From: Heterodontus francisci
Taxonomy: Eukaryota
Length of the DNA stretch: 64,000 bases
Assembly (NCBI RefSeq): GCF_036365525.1
Contig: NC_090388.1
Span: 32,863,231 to 32,927,230 of the forward strand
Direction: 5' to 3'
The notes under the pieces were generated by a model that was not told the origin of the DNA, searched no databases, and saw only the letters and a program-made list of their open reading frames with translations. A program made the translations under genes and the position numbers. Shown in pieces: positions 12,929-25,444 of the stretch (position 1 is the stretch's first letter; the number at the start of each line of letters is the position of its first letter).

Positions 12929-13031
12929 TTGTTCTGATGAAAGGTCACAGGCCTGAAACGTTAACTCTGCTTCTGTCGCCACAGATGCTGCCAGACCTGC
13001 TGAGTATTTCCAGCACTTTCTGTTTTATTTT
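12929..13031 (+). mobile_element. Penelope-like terminal repeat fragment containing a minimal hammerhead ribozyme
   Basis: CTGATGA-stem-GAAAC core at 12934-12959 followed by CACAGATGCTGCCAGACCTGCTGAGTATTTCCAGCA; related sequence in reverse orientation at 30836-30915. Confidence 0.7.
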
Positions 13032-13054
13032 ATATATTTGTACTGTTGACTTAC

Positions 13055-13281
13055 CACTGGTTAGCTCGTAGCCAAACACAGAATAATCATTTGTAGTAGA
13101 GCAGTTCCACCTCTCGTGTTTAAACTGATTCTGGCACTCGTAAATACCAATGCGTGCTCCTTCTTTAATGATCGGCAAAAGATTGGGTTTTCTTTTACAT
13201 AAATCTTTCTGTTTGTTTGAAAGTGGCAAACCAAGACAACCCAGCTTCTCCGTAGCTCCACTGGCTGTGGATCCCAGCCAC
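13055..13281 (-). CDS. wnt16: Wnt16 coding exon 2 (WLGSTASGATEKLGC...QKDLCKRKP...ECQNQFKHERWNC...FGYELTS-G)
   Basis: Acceptor ACAG|G at 13282/13281, donor G|GTAAGT at 13055/13054; 227 nt with consistent phase; WNT16-diagnostic QKxLCKRKP and FGYEL. Confidence 0.96.
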
Positions 13282-13379
13282 CTGTCGTGAGGATATAGAA
13301 ACGCACATCACTAACAAATAAACAGTGAATCGCAAATAAATACTGAATCCCACTCTTTCAACGATTAAGGTTTACTTAC

Positions 13380-13474
13380 ATCCAATTTCCTTGACAATAG
13401 CGGGGAAAGACTGTTAGAATTGCTGCGAGTAACACACAACACCGACATAATCCAAAAGAAACCTCTCTCTCCAT
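13380..13474 (-). CDS. wnt16: Wnt16 coding exon 1 (signal peptide; MEREVSFGLCRCCVLLAAILTVFPRYCQGNW-M)
   Basis: ATG at 13474-13472; hydrophobic signal peptide ending QGNWM as in WNT16 (AQGNWMWLG); donor AT|GTAAGT at 13380/13379; 95 nt. Confidence 0.93.
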
Positions 13475-13729
13475 GACAGAATCATTTATTATCTTGTGCC
13501 ACGCGAAGGTGTCACGGTTGTTAATGTAATTGAAAATCGGCCCAGATTGCTGCAAATTTAAGGGGATTATCCTTCAGTATGGCCACACTATCCATGCTGT
13601 AATCCTGTGAGGTTTTACAAAACAGGATTCTGAGATCGAGTGTGAAAGAGATTGAGAATAACAAATTCACAGAGAGATAACATTTGGGGCAAATCCTTGC
13701 AAAAGGACGAATTCGATTCGGCGTTGTGT

Positions 13730-13840
13730 TACCTCTGTCTGCCAATCTTATACTTCCCGCCCATGTACACTTCCCATTGGACAAACGCAAAGTTAAAATG
13801 AAATAGACCGGTGTGGCGATTGGTTGGTTGTCCTGTGTCA
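13730..13840 (-). promoter_or_regulatory. Candidate wnt16 proximal promoter
   Basis: ~260-350 bp upstream of the ATG: three CCAAT/ATTGG boxes (~13742, ~13776, ~13819) and an E2F-like TTCCCGCC (~13754); TSS not determinable from sequence. Confidence 0.45.
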
Positions 13841-15929
13841 CCACTACTCTTAAACAGTGTTTCGTATAGTTTACCCCCTTAGTGTTAACCTCGACCACGA
13901 GGGAGCTTCAGTTCTGGTACGGGTGGTAGCAAAATATCTCAAGTTCAGTTACAGTTGAAATCATTGTTGATGTTGTTAAATTCCGAATTAGATCACAGAC
14001 TTGTTAACGTGCTCTCGTTGTGCACAATACATGCCGCACTTTTCTTACTAGATTATTACCAGAAGCCACATTTTGTCTATCTGGACAATTATTTCACTGA
14101 TTAAGAATCTTCAGCCAATTTAGTATATACAGTGCCAGGTTAAAAGGTGAAATATCAATTACGACTGCAATAAGTGCCACCCAAAAGTTTATAATAATGC
14201 AGAAAATGTTTTGGGAAAAAGATTGCTCCATCCCTTTCTTAACTGTAGTTAGAGTAATAATAGATTTGGACATCTGAGACAATGCGCAAGGAGTGTTTGC
14301 TAAATGTTAAATTTACTGGATTGGGAAGCGTTCTTTTTAACCCCTTGAGCGTGGAATGATAGTTCAGCTATTAAATGCCACGCGCGTTTGTTGTAGTTGG
14401 AAATATATTTTGGACGTGTTAAGATAATCTTCATCTCAATCAGTATACACAAAGTTTAGTCAAATGCATACCTATGTATGATTTGTAAAATGTGGAACGT
14501 TTCAACAAAAAATTCCGATTTCATTTTAGCCAGTGTTTTGCTATAACGATTTTGCCCGGAAAACTGGCTTCTATTTATGAAGTGCAGTAATATTGTTACT
14601 TCGATGACAGAATGAAATTGCATTTGGTACATTTACTTTGGGAACAGCAGTTTTACGAATTGTATCGGCGTAGCAATTTAATAAACATAAGCATTAAACT
14701 TATTGCTTACTAAATTGATCGCTGTGATCGAAAATCTGAATTACCATTTGGATGTAAATTTTGATTGTGATATTTAGACTTAAAATTCGATTGAGCTATG
14801 TTGGGAGCTAATCAAATTTCTACAGTGTTAGTTCGTATAAGGTGTTCACAGTGTTGGAAACATCTGTTTTGAATGCATATTATCAATCTTTTACTTCAAT
14901 TTGTAGAATACTTGCAATAGTTGAGCATACCGAGCGTTTGCAAAGCCGATGGATTTGAAATTACATACGTTTCTGACCTTTTAACTCTTTCACTCGGCAA
15001 CTGGAATATACTTACCTTTTAAACCGTATCTCGCACCACTTTGTCAAATTGATGGACGCATTGAACTGCGCCGTTATGGCATATTTAAACACTAAGGGGT
15101 TCCAGGGCTGATCAATCTATTTGCAGATATTAGGTCAACGGAATTTGTTATTGAATATTCGAATAAACGACTTGCGATTTTTAATCCAAGCCGCCTTTCG
15201 GTGACGTTTGTCGTTCATCTGTTTCTGTGAAGTATCGGATGGTTCCAGTGTGATCCCGATTTCTTGTCAAGTCTGTCCACAGCACAATGTCTAATTAATC
15301 ACCCACTAAAACACGGGGACGTACCGAGTCAGCATGAAACATTCTGCCAAATGATTCGGTTGCTACTCAATATGACTGTGATATCATAAGCAATGGCGAT
15401 TATTTGTGATATTTTACATTTTAACTCCCCATAACCTTTCTTCATGTTCCTAATTTGGTAAAACCGATTATTAATTTTCTCTGCTGAAACTGCGTAACCT
15501 GGAATTATCAACTTGTACATTTCAGTTCATTTCCATTTAACATATAAAAGCAGAAATATGGTTTGATGTAAGGGTACACATACTGCAGTTAGATGATTTT
15601 GTTTTCTAACACGTTAGTTTGGTGGCTAAATGGCTGGTCAGGAGCAAGTATTGACATTGACTCCAAGCAGCAGTAAATTTGCTTCGAGTACATTTCAAAC
15701 TTCTCGAGAAAAGCTAATTACTGAATTAATTTGTCTCAAGATACGATGTGTCATAAGTGGAGTGAGACATTCAGTTCCTTCAAGTGAAGACTTAAAAGTA
15801 GTTTCATCTGAAATACATAATTAGGAAGAATGACCGAATTGGGGGATGGGATCAAGGGAGAGAGGGAGACTGGTGTTTGAAAACTGACGTACAATCTGAA
15901 TGTACTAGGTAACAGCCACTAATATATTA

Positions 15930-16615
15930 ATATACCCGAAGTCTCGCCCCCTCCGCACAGTGCCCCCGCGGTGGCTGTGGTGGGAAGAGACCGTTGCCCA
16001 CCTCTTCCTGGAATGTGTCTTCGCAAAGCAGGTGTGGAAAGAGATGCAGTGGTTTTTGTCGAGGTTCATCCCAAGCAGCTCTGTAACACAGGAGTCTGTG
16101 CTCTACGGGCTGTTCCCAGGGACGCACACTGAGACAAACGTCAACTGCTGCTGGATGACTATCAATTCGGTGAAAGACGCCCTTTGGTCTGCCCGAAACT
16201 TGCTGGTCTTCCAGCGCAAAGAGTTGTCCACCACCGAATGTTGCAGACTGGCACATTCCAAGGTCCAGGACTACGTGCTGAGGGACGCAATAAAGCTTGG
16301 GGCAGCCGCAGCAAAGGCTCAATGGGGAAAGAACACTGTGTAAGGTCCCCCCACCAAGCTGCACGAGGGGCTGGATCCATGGGAAACCCCTCGAACTGTA
16401 TCGGGAAAATTTCTGTCTCCTGCATAATGTAAAAATGTATCTGGCATGACAAATGTGAAATGGAAGGGTTGTGAGGCAACTCATAATTGTATTGAAGGAA
16501 ACTGATCACCTTTGCACTGTTTGTATTTTTTGACTTGATGCTGTTTTAAACTGTTTGGGAATGTAATTTTTACAGATTTTTATGAATAAAGTATATTTTG
16601 GAAATAAAAAAAAAT
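15930..16615 (+). mobile_element. Tx1-clade (L1 superfamily) LINE 3' fragment
   Basis: C-terminal zinc knuckle CPRGGCGGxETVAHLFLEC, ALWSARN motif, AATAAA and poly(A); same family as 62327-63527. Confidence 0.9.
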
Positions 16616-19039
16616 AAATATTGTTTATTGTGTTGGATTAGCATCATGGATAGTCCATCAATTATATTCGAATACTATTTCAGTTCAGGATTCCAACTGT
16701 AAGCTGTGTTAGTGATGTAATTTAATCAGTTCCTTAAGAACACGTTAGTTACTAAACTAACCGATTTGAAAAGGAGAGTGTGTTCTCAAAAGTATACAGT
16801 TTGCTACAATATATCAATTACACATTTCGTTAAAGTAGTGACTCGAAGTGAAAAGACAATGTATTTATCAGACTTCCAAAATTATGCTTTTCTATCTTTT
16901 ATTATGGAAACGTTTGTTGGAGAAGCTGTTGTAGCAATGTGAATTAGATACAAATCTCGCATATCACACCATAGTTAAAACATATACATGAATCATACAC
17001 ATAAGAGAACCATGAAACATTACTAGACGTCAGTGTAATTTTACTGTTTTGTTGCGTCTAAGGTTTAAATTAATTATACAATGCTTTGATTTCCAGAAGT
17101 TATTTTTTGTAAATCGTTACTGAACCTTTTCGTATGAGCTAATATTCAAAACTAGCGAAGGCTTTGTGTGCGTTCTCCTAGATAGCTTCTTAATAAATTA
17201 CTTTAATTAGCATAAACTGAACTCGAACTGAGCCCAATCTTTGTTTCACTCTATGCTCTAATAAATTTGAATATTGGTGCTTAAGAGCAATGGAAAACGA
17301 AACATTCAGGAGTGTTATTAGACCTGCAATTCTAAATTCCGAAGAACTGCAGTTCTATATTCATTGCATTTTAATGCCTGCTGGGTAGTTTAAATGACTA
17401 CATATGCCAGAAGTACTGGATAGTACTACAGTACTCGCTCATCATGGGGTATCTAACGTTCAGGGTTTAAGAAAATATGAACCAGTTTAACTCGTTGCTG
17501 CCCAGATCAATATTAAGCACCACACTGAGAAATATATTTTATTGTAAAAGTACAGACTGCTGTTTTCATGATACGGTGCCAATGAGTAATCTGCTCTATG
17601 AATGAAATTAAAGATATTTTACCCGAATCAATAGTAACTCAAAAAGGCATTAGGCATATACTTGTAAATGAACACATTACATTTGACAGAAGTAATATTT
17701 TAAACGAAGGCGTGGTGGGCGTATTCCCTTTCGTCTCCTAGGTAGAAATATTCTGCAGTAAAGATTAGCCTAGCAATTCAAACGCCTTAGGCGATGATGA
17801 ACATTAACGGTAGTAAGCCGTCTAGTAAGGTTATTTTGTTTGTTATCATAACGCTACTTGCTCCTGTTTTGGAAAGGATCGTATGAATCAAAAATGATTT
17901 AAAAGTCGATAATTGCCTGAGACTTTCGGTTGAAGCCACTGATTGTAATTACTATGTATTCAATAATTACGAAATCAACGCTATATATATATATATATAA
18001 AAAGTTGCTAACACGCTGCTGCCTCACTAACAGCAGAACGAATGACTTGCAGTTCCTGTGGCGTCATTCCAACCCAGTCAAATGTCACTCTGTTTAACGC
18101 TATTTCCATAATGAGGTAAATTGTTTTTAGTCACATTTGGGAAGTTTTGCTTCCGTACGGTGTCATAACTTATCCAATAACTTCAACAAGGACTTGATCA
18201 AATGCCCCGAAGAAACTTTTGGATACCTTTTGAGTTATCGAATTTCTTTTTGCAAGCCAAGTCACTCGACACAAATTATTAAGGCTTTGCCATATGTGTC
18301 AGGATACAATCATTTGCTATAATTCGAGTTATATTGTAAAGTGCTATTTTGTTACTAAACCTCAAAATTACAAGTTAAAGCGCCTGAAGATTTAACAACC
18401 AGGAAGTGATTTCTATTGGCTATTTAACAGCAGCCTTTGCAAATAAATTACATGGCTGCTATACACTTTACGTAACAATAATTATCTGTAAATAGTGCGG
18501 TATGTAAAAATGTAAAAGTAGAACTTGTGCGTTAGAAGTCTAAGTTCAGCCATGTCTATAGAAAGAATAGTATTAAACAAGTATTATGATCATTTGCTCC
18601 AGAAAATACTGAAAAACAAATTTAGTTACTTCACATATTTATGTTTTATCTTCATGTGGCTCCAACGTTCTGCTTGACAATGTCCTGAGGCTCACCTTAC
18701 ATGAAGTCCAACTAGAACAAGAGTATTACCCCTGTCCTTGCCATCCTTCACTGGACCCTAGAATTCTCTTTCCCAAACCCTCTACCATACTACATTTCTT
18801 CCCACCTTGAAAAATCTTCTCAGAATGCATCTTTTCAAATAATTTTTTGTACCACCCTCCCCAATTCTTCTTTAACTCCTTTTCGGAATCCATTCCTTTC
18901 CCCTTTTCTGAACTGCATTGGCACGTGTTACAATGCCAAAAAGCAAAAGTTCATCATGTTCTTATTGATAGTATATTCTGACCCCAATACACTAATTGAA
19001 CAAAATTAGAAAAAATATTTGAAGAAAAGTCAGCATAAT

Positions 19040-19812
19040 TTATACCTCTCCATTGTGTCTTCCACCCTCACCTCCAACAACAAGTGCAAGGAGCTCATGG
19101 ACATCTTTGTCACTTAGATTGAAACTATTCAATCAGCTGCCTTTCTGTTTCCAACCTTCCCTTAGCCTGCTGGGGCAAACTTCCTCCAAGGTTCCCCCCT
19201 AGCCCTGAACTCGCATCTTTAATTTCTTTCCTGCCTCCCATCATGCCCTCTCTGAGCTCATCTTGTCCATGATACCCTGCTCCCTCAACCCTATTCCCAT
19301 TAAATGATTGCCCACCAACTTCCCTTCCTGCTTCCCATCAGGTGCTGTCCCTTCTCCTTCAAATCTGCCCTCTCCTCAAAATATCCAACCCATAACCCTT
19401 TGCAAACAGCTGTCCAGCTGCCCCATCTTCAATCTTCCTTTGATCTCCAAAGTCCTTATCTGTGTTGTTGCCCCCCCCCCCCCCCAAATCTGTGCCCATC
19501 TTTCTCAGAGCTCCATGTTTGAATCCCTCCAATCAGGTTTCTGCCCCTGTCACTACCAAAACGGCACTTATCAAAGTCACAAATGAATCCTATGTGTCTA
19601 TGAGAATGGTAAACTTTCCCTCCTCATCTTTCTTGACCTGTCTGCAGCCTTTGACATGGTTAACCACACCATCCTCCTCCAACCCATCCTTACTGTTGTC
19701 CAGCTGGGTAGAACTGCACGCCATGGTTCCATTCTTATTGTCTAGTCATAGCCAGAGAATCATCTTCTCCTCACATACTTGCATCATTACCTCTGGTGTC
19801 CCCTAAGGATCT
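19040..19812 (+). mobile_element. Degenerate L2 LINE RT fragment
   Basis: Frameshifted LQSGFCP, TKTALIKVTN, LDLSAAFD-like and TSGVP motifs. Confidence 0.75.
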
Positions 19813-20889
19813 ATACATTAATTGGCCACTTAAGTGACTCAGTTGGCCTCTCGGCAGCAAGGCCATCCTCAGCCTTCCCTGCCCCTGGCAAAATTGAATG
19901 GCGTCAGCAAGGCGGCGGGCACTCCACCCCTCTAACCACCTCCCCACCTTCCCTCGATATTTTATGCCCCCCCCCCCCGCCTCCCTGTCCATTCTAGAGA
20001 ACTGATAAAATTCAGACCTGTGTGTGTGTCAATGTGTGTGTGTGTGTGTGTGTACACATTTGTATATATAAAAAAGAGACCTCTACAATTTTGCCTGTGG
20101 AAAGAATAATGACACTAATCAATTACATAGAAGACTAGATGTTACAGTGTGTTATCACATTGTCCTTCGACCTCTTGAGCTGACATTTGAAACTAATTCA
20201 GATGGATTAGACAAAAAGCTACTCTCTCTGTCAGCTGCAATAATCCTATGTCATGAGTTTGGACAGATCCAATTCACTTTCCAGTGGGTGTGAATTCATG
20301 GTGGAAAATAGATCATAATTTTGAATAAATTACTGCTAAATTGGAAATTCACTCCAAGGTGCCATAATGATAGTGGCATGGGGAGTGGAAAATGTTTGAT
20401 GTTGAGCTTCGTACCCCATTTATTGAAGAAGTTTGCTGCTGATTGCAATTACAAAGTAATTTAAATCCCCTGGTGAATTGAGAGTTGGAGGCAGCAAGTA
20501 TCATTGAAGTTGATATTTTCCAGATAAAGCTCCAACAACTGCACTGCCTGTGTGGTAGTGTGAACAGTGGTACAGAGGGCATCTGTGAGAACAAATTAAT
20601 GAACACTTGCTGTTTCCAACATTAGGTACTTTCGACTTAAGAAAAGGTTTATACCACAAATCATGTAAAAACTAAAACTATTTAGTACAATATTTACATG
20701 GGGAAATTCAACTTAAAGCCACCCGTTTTGCACTTATAAAATGGATGTTAGTCCTCTGCATTCTGGACTGTAACCTTCTATAGATTTCTCAATCTATTCC
20801 TGCTAAATTGAAGTCATTCATAACAACTATATCTTTTCCTGTCCACTCTCACTTACCTGAATGAAAAGTGCTTGATCTAATTGCTCCTA

Positions 20890-21215
20890 GAATTTTACAG
20901 CACAGAAGGTGGCCATTTGGCCCATAGAATCTGTGCTGGCTCTTTGAAGGAGTCCAATCTCCTGTCCTTTCCTATACTCTTTGAAATTTATGTTTTCAAA
21001 TGTTCATCCACTTCACTTTTAAAATTGTTATGGATGCTGCTTCAGATACTGTTCTTATAGGGCATTTCATGTCCTAAGAATCCTCTAGTTAAAACAAAAA
21101 AATCTCCTAACATCCTCTTTGTTCTTTTGGTAATGATCTTAAATTTAGCCATCTTTTTACCAGCTTACTAGTCTGTGGAAATATTTTTTCCTGATTGACC
21201 TTTTCATAACCTTTT
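20890..21215 (-). mobile_element. Old CR1 3' fragment
   Basis: TACAGCACAGAAGGTGGCCATTTGGCCCAT tail in reverse orientation, like other CR1 3' ends in the window. Confidence 0.6.
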
Positions 21216-21604
21216 CTCATCTTCTGATCAGTTGCAGATGCCCACAGTTCGTTTCCTTCCCCTCATGGTCTCTCATTCTTTTCAATAGAATTTCTACCTT
21301 GTCTGCATCAAGAACTATTAAGTCCATCTCTGTTACAAGCAAGTTCTCCTTCACAGTTCTCCTTCTCAGTTTCTTTATTCTATCTCTAGGAAATAAGCAA
21401 TATCTCTGTAGGTTTATCCAACCTGATTATAGCCTCTCTCTCCAGCAAAGATCTCCTAGTCTTGCATTTTATGCTTAAGGCTCCGAGCAAAACTTTGACT
21501 TTGGTGGTAGTACAAGATTGATGAAAGTGAATTGGGAGCCCATTTTACACCCCGTCCGATTTTCTTTTCTATTGGTCCAATTTCACGTCCCATTCACCCA
21601 TCAT

Positions 21605-22025
21605 TAGCTCCCAGTATGGCAACCATTTAATTTTAAAATTCTCATCTTGTTTTCAAACCCCTCCATGGCCTCACCCCTCTCTAGTTCTGTATCAGCCTCG
21701 AGCCATACAACACTCCAACTTCTCTGTGCTCCTCCAATTTTGGGCTCTTGTACATCCTGATTTTAATCGCTGCACCATTGGTAGTTGTGCCTTCAGCTGC
21801 CTCGGCCCTAAGCTCTGGAATTCCCTCCCTAAAACTCTCCACTTCTCTTCCTCTTTCTCTCCTCCTTTAAGGGCACTCCTTAAAACCTACCTCTTTGACC
21901 AAGCTTTTGGTCATCTCTCCTAATATCTACTTATGTGGCTCAGTGTCAAATTTTGTTAGCACCTGTGAAGAGCCTTGGAACATTTTACAAAGTTAAAGCT
22001 GCTAATGTAAATGCAAGCTGTTGTA
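21605..22025 (+). mobile_element. L2 LINE 3' end
   Basis: AFSCLGPKLWNSLP...LLKTYLF motif and tail ending TAAATGCAAGCTGTTG. Confidence 0.8.
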
Positions 22026-22344
22026 GTATTCAAAATTAAAAATGTTTAGGCATTCATTTTCCCCACTCTCTGCACTGATGTATTTATTTGCTTATTTTGT
22101 CATAATTTCCCCTTATACTCTGCATACTTGGCTGTTGTATCAATATCTGCACGTGAAATCTATCATCCCTTGCTCTAGCTCTCTGTCTTTTCTACATGCA
22201 ACACTTTTTGTTTTCCCCTTTACTCTGTCTGCTGTTTCCTGTTGCTTTATCATCAATTGCTGAATCACATCTTGCGTATATCCAGGCATTCATTCTGTAT
22301 TAGGAGCCTGTAATAATGTATATTATGCTAATAGAAAGGATACT

Positions 22345-22625
22345 GCAGCCTGGTGGTTATAGTACTGGACTAGCACCACAGAGTCATGAATTCAAATCAT
22401 ACCATGGAAAGTAGTGAAAGTCAGTTCAATAATCTGGTCATTAGTGGGCTGACACAAGCAAAATAACCAAAAAGGCTAATTGATTGTTGTAAAACCCAAC
22501 TGGTTCACTAACATCCTTCAGGAAAGGGAATCTGGCCTCCTTGTGTCTCCAGTCCCACAGTATGTAGCTGATTCTTCATACTCTCAGAACAACTAGGGAT
22601 GGAAAATAAATACTGCCTGACCACT
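22345..22625 (+). mobile_element. Old tRNA-headed SINE related to the head and tail of the 39571-43053 element
   Basis: Shares GATTGTTGTAAAACCCAACTGGTTCACTAA core and CAACTAGGGATGG..AATAAA tail. Confidence 0.7.
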
Positions 22626-23330
22626 GTAGAAAAATGTTCCATTTTGTGTTACAAATGAAGTGAGGAACAGGGATGCTTGAAGGTGTGGTTGAAGAAATGG
22701 GTTTTCAGACGGCTTTTAAAGATAGAAGAGAGTAGGGTTGAAATGGCTGAAGGCTCTAGCACTGATACTGGAGTAGAGGGAGGGGCAAACGCACAGAAGG
22801 CCAGAGTCAGAGGACCAGAGGGCACAGAAAAGCTTATAAAGTTGCAGAGGTAAGATGGGGTGAGGTCACTGAGGAATATAGAGCTGAGGGCTGGATTTTA
22901 AATTTGATTATCATTTGAACAGGGAGCCAGTGTAGATCAGTGAAGATGGATATGGTGGCTGAATGGAACTTTGTGTGGCTCAGGGTGCAGGAAACATAAC
23001 CTTTGAGAGCAAATTTTAAAAAATTTTCGAAGAAAAGATAGATCGAATCCTCCTATTCATTTATAAAGTGATGGAAGGAGTCATCCTAGTGCCATCAAAC
23101 AGCACTTACTCACTGATAACATGATTGCTGATGATTAATTTGGGTTCATCCAGAACTACTGAACTCCAGACCTCCTCATAACCATGTGAAGTACCTTTAA
23201 CTATATTGTTTGAGACTTTTTAAACTAAAACTAGCACAAATGGCTAAACTGGTGTCACTGTAGCTACACCTGTGGCTAGTTGACAATTTCTATTGAACCA
23301 TACTGTTGTAGAACATGAGGAACCAACCTC

Positions 23331-23706
23331 AAAGAACAAAGAAAATTACAGCACAGGAACAGGCCCTTCGGCCCTCCAAGCCTGCGCCGATCCAGATCCT
23401 CTATCTAAACCTGTCGCCTATTTTCTAAGGGTCTGTATCTCTTTGCTTCCTGCCCATTCATGTATCTGTCTAGATAAATCTTAAAAGACGCTATCGTGCC
23501 CGCGTCTACCATCTCCGCTGGCAACGCGTTCCAGGCACCCACCACCCTCTGCGTAAAGAACTTTCCATGCATAACCCCCCTAAACCTTTCCCCTCTCACT
23601 TTGAACTCGTGACCCCTAGTAATTGAATCCCCCACTCTGGGAAAAAGCTTCTTGCTGTCCACCCTGTCTATACCTCTCATGATTTTGTCCACCTCAATCA
23701 GGTCCC
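23331..23706 (-). mobile_element. CR1 3' fragment, same subfamily as the 8745-10370 copy
   Basis: Highly similar to ~8751-9126 (KIMRGIDRVDSK...WNALPAE). Confidence 0.95.
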
Positions 23707-25444
23707 TCCTGTCATTATACTGGCACTCAGGTTACACTTAGAAGCACAAGAAAACATATCAACAAAAAGGTATGTGTAGGCACTTGGGAAGCACGGTACT
23801 AAGAAAGAGTATGTTGATTGAGCCTACTTTAGAATTTACTGCAATAAAATAAAATGTGTACTGACGTGTTGCATTATTTTTGCTGTAGGTCAGTGTCATT
23901 CAGGAAAGGGTGCACTTATTTGAAGCTGATGTCTTCACTCTGGTGACAATTATTAGCAGAATCATGAAGGGGCAAAAAGAGGGCTGATCTGTTGTCATGT
24001 TGTAGGGTGGGTAGTGATATGAAGGACTGCCCTTTTATTTGAAAGTGGACAAGAAGGAGGTTTGGCTGTGGTGCCAAAGGTAGATCATGTTCCATTGAAG
24101 ACTTCAGTGATAAGCTATGTTGTTGCTATGAGCTCACAGGACAACAGTCTTGCTTGTACTGTGTCTTTATTGAACGGCCCCTAATGGATGCCTCCAGTGA
24201 GTGTCCCATGGTCACATGACTATGGCAAGCCAGCAGGCACATTAGTACAGTATTACATTTCTCTCCCAAACATCCCCCTTTTCATACAAAAAAATTTGCA
24301 TGCATTATCATTTACACGTTGAGTTGCCCAAGTTACCCACTATGCACACAACTGTTCTCATGCATTACCAGTTCATTATTCTCGTTAGTCTCTGCACATG
24401 CATCGCACACATAGTTTTTAAATAATGCTGGTCTCTTAGTGTTGTGAGTGCGCATTGTCTTTGGCTGTTCATCTGGGTGATTTTCCTTCTCCGGGAAGTT
24501 CGTTCTTGTGTCACTTGTTGCCACGATAAATGTTGTTGTTTCATTTCTGTTGTTGGAGTGCTGTGGACTTCTGGGACTGATGATTGATCTGTGGTCTGTG
24601 CACATGGTGAGTTCACGTTTTCCTGATTGGCCGCCTGCAGTGAAGGAACAGTTTCTTCTGTTGTGCGTATGTGCCTGCGGTTGCGACGGTATATCTGGTC
24701 ATTCACTTTCACTGCATACAATCGATGTGACAACTGCTCTGCGCAGGTCCCAAGTTGCCATTTGGGCAGAGTCTTGTGAGTATTGAAGGTTTGTACCCTG
24801 ACTGGCTCTCCAATGCTCAATTCTGGCAATGGTTTGGCAGTTTTGTCAAGATGAAATTTGGCTTTTTGCCATGTCACCTTGATTTTGTCACTCACACCTG
24901 TTACTACTTATGGCTTCAGTAGCTTTTTTGCTATTGGAAGAGTGGTTTGGGTGTGGCGTGACATTAGTCTTTGTACTGGACTACTCTCTATGCCTTCAGT
25001 AGGTGTTTCTCCCCTCGAGGATTGCTTTGTATTCAACTGTGCTGGATTTGCTCGCTTTCTTTATGATTCCTTTGGCGATTTTCACTGCCGCCTCAGCCTT
25101 TCCATTGGACTGGGGATAGTGTGGAGATGAAGTATGGTGTTGAATTTCCCAATCCTTTATGAAGCGGCTGAATTCTTCACTTGTGAACTGAGGGCCATTG
25201 TCTCTCATTACAATGTCTGGAATGCCGCAACAACTGAACTGTGCTGTCAGGCATTCTACAGTCTCACCGGTAGTCTTTGAAGTCAGCTGGTCTACCTCCC
25301 AGTAGTCAGAATAGTAGTCTATGGTGACAAAATAATCAGTTCCTGTGAGAGTGAAGAGGTCTACTCCCAGCTTCATCCATGGTCTGTCTGGGCTGTAATG
25401 TGTCATCAGCGGCTCTTTAGCTTGTTTCTCTTGGTACACATTAC

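Noticed and set aside
13521-13898. 125-aa minus-strand ORF just upstream of wnt16 as an alternative first exon
   Set aside because: Non-ATG start, no signal peptide or recognisable similarity, and no evident donor joining exon 2 in phase
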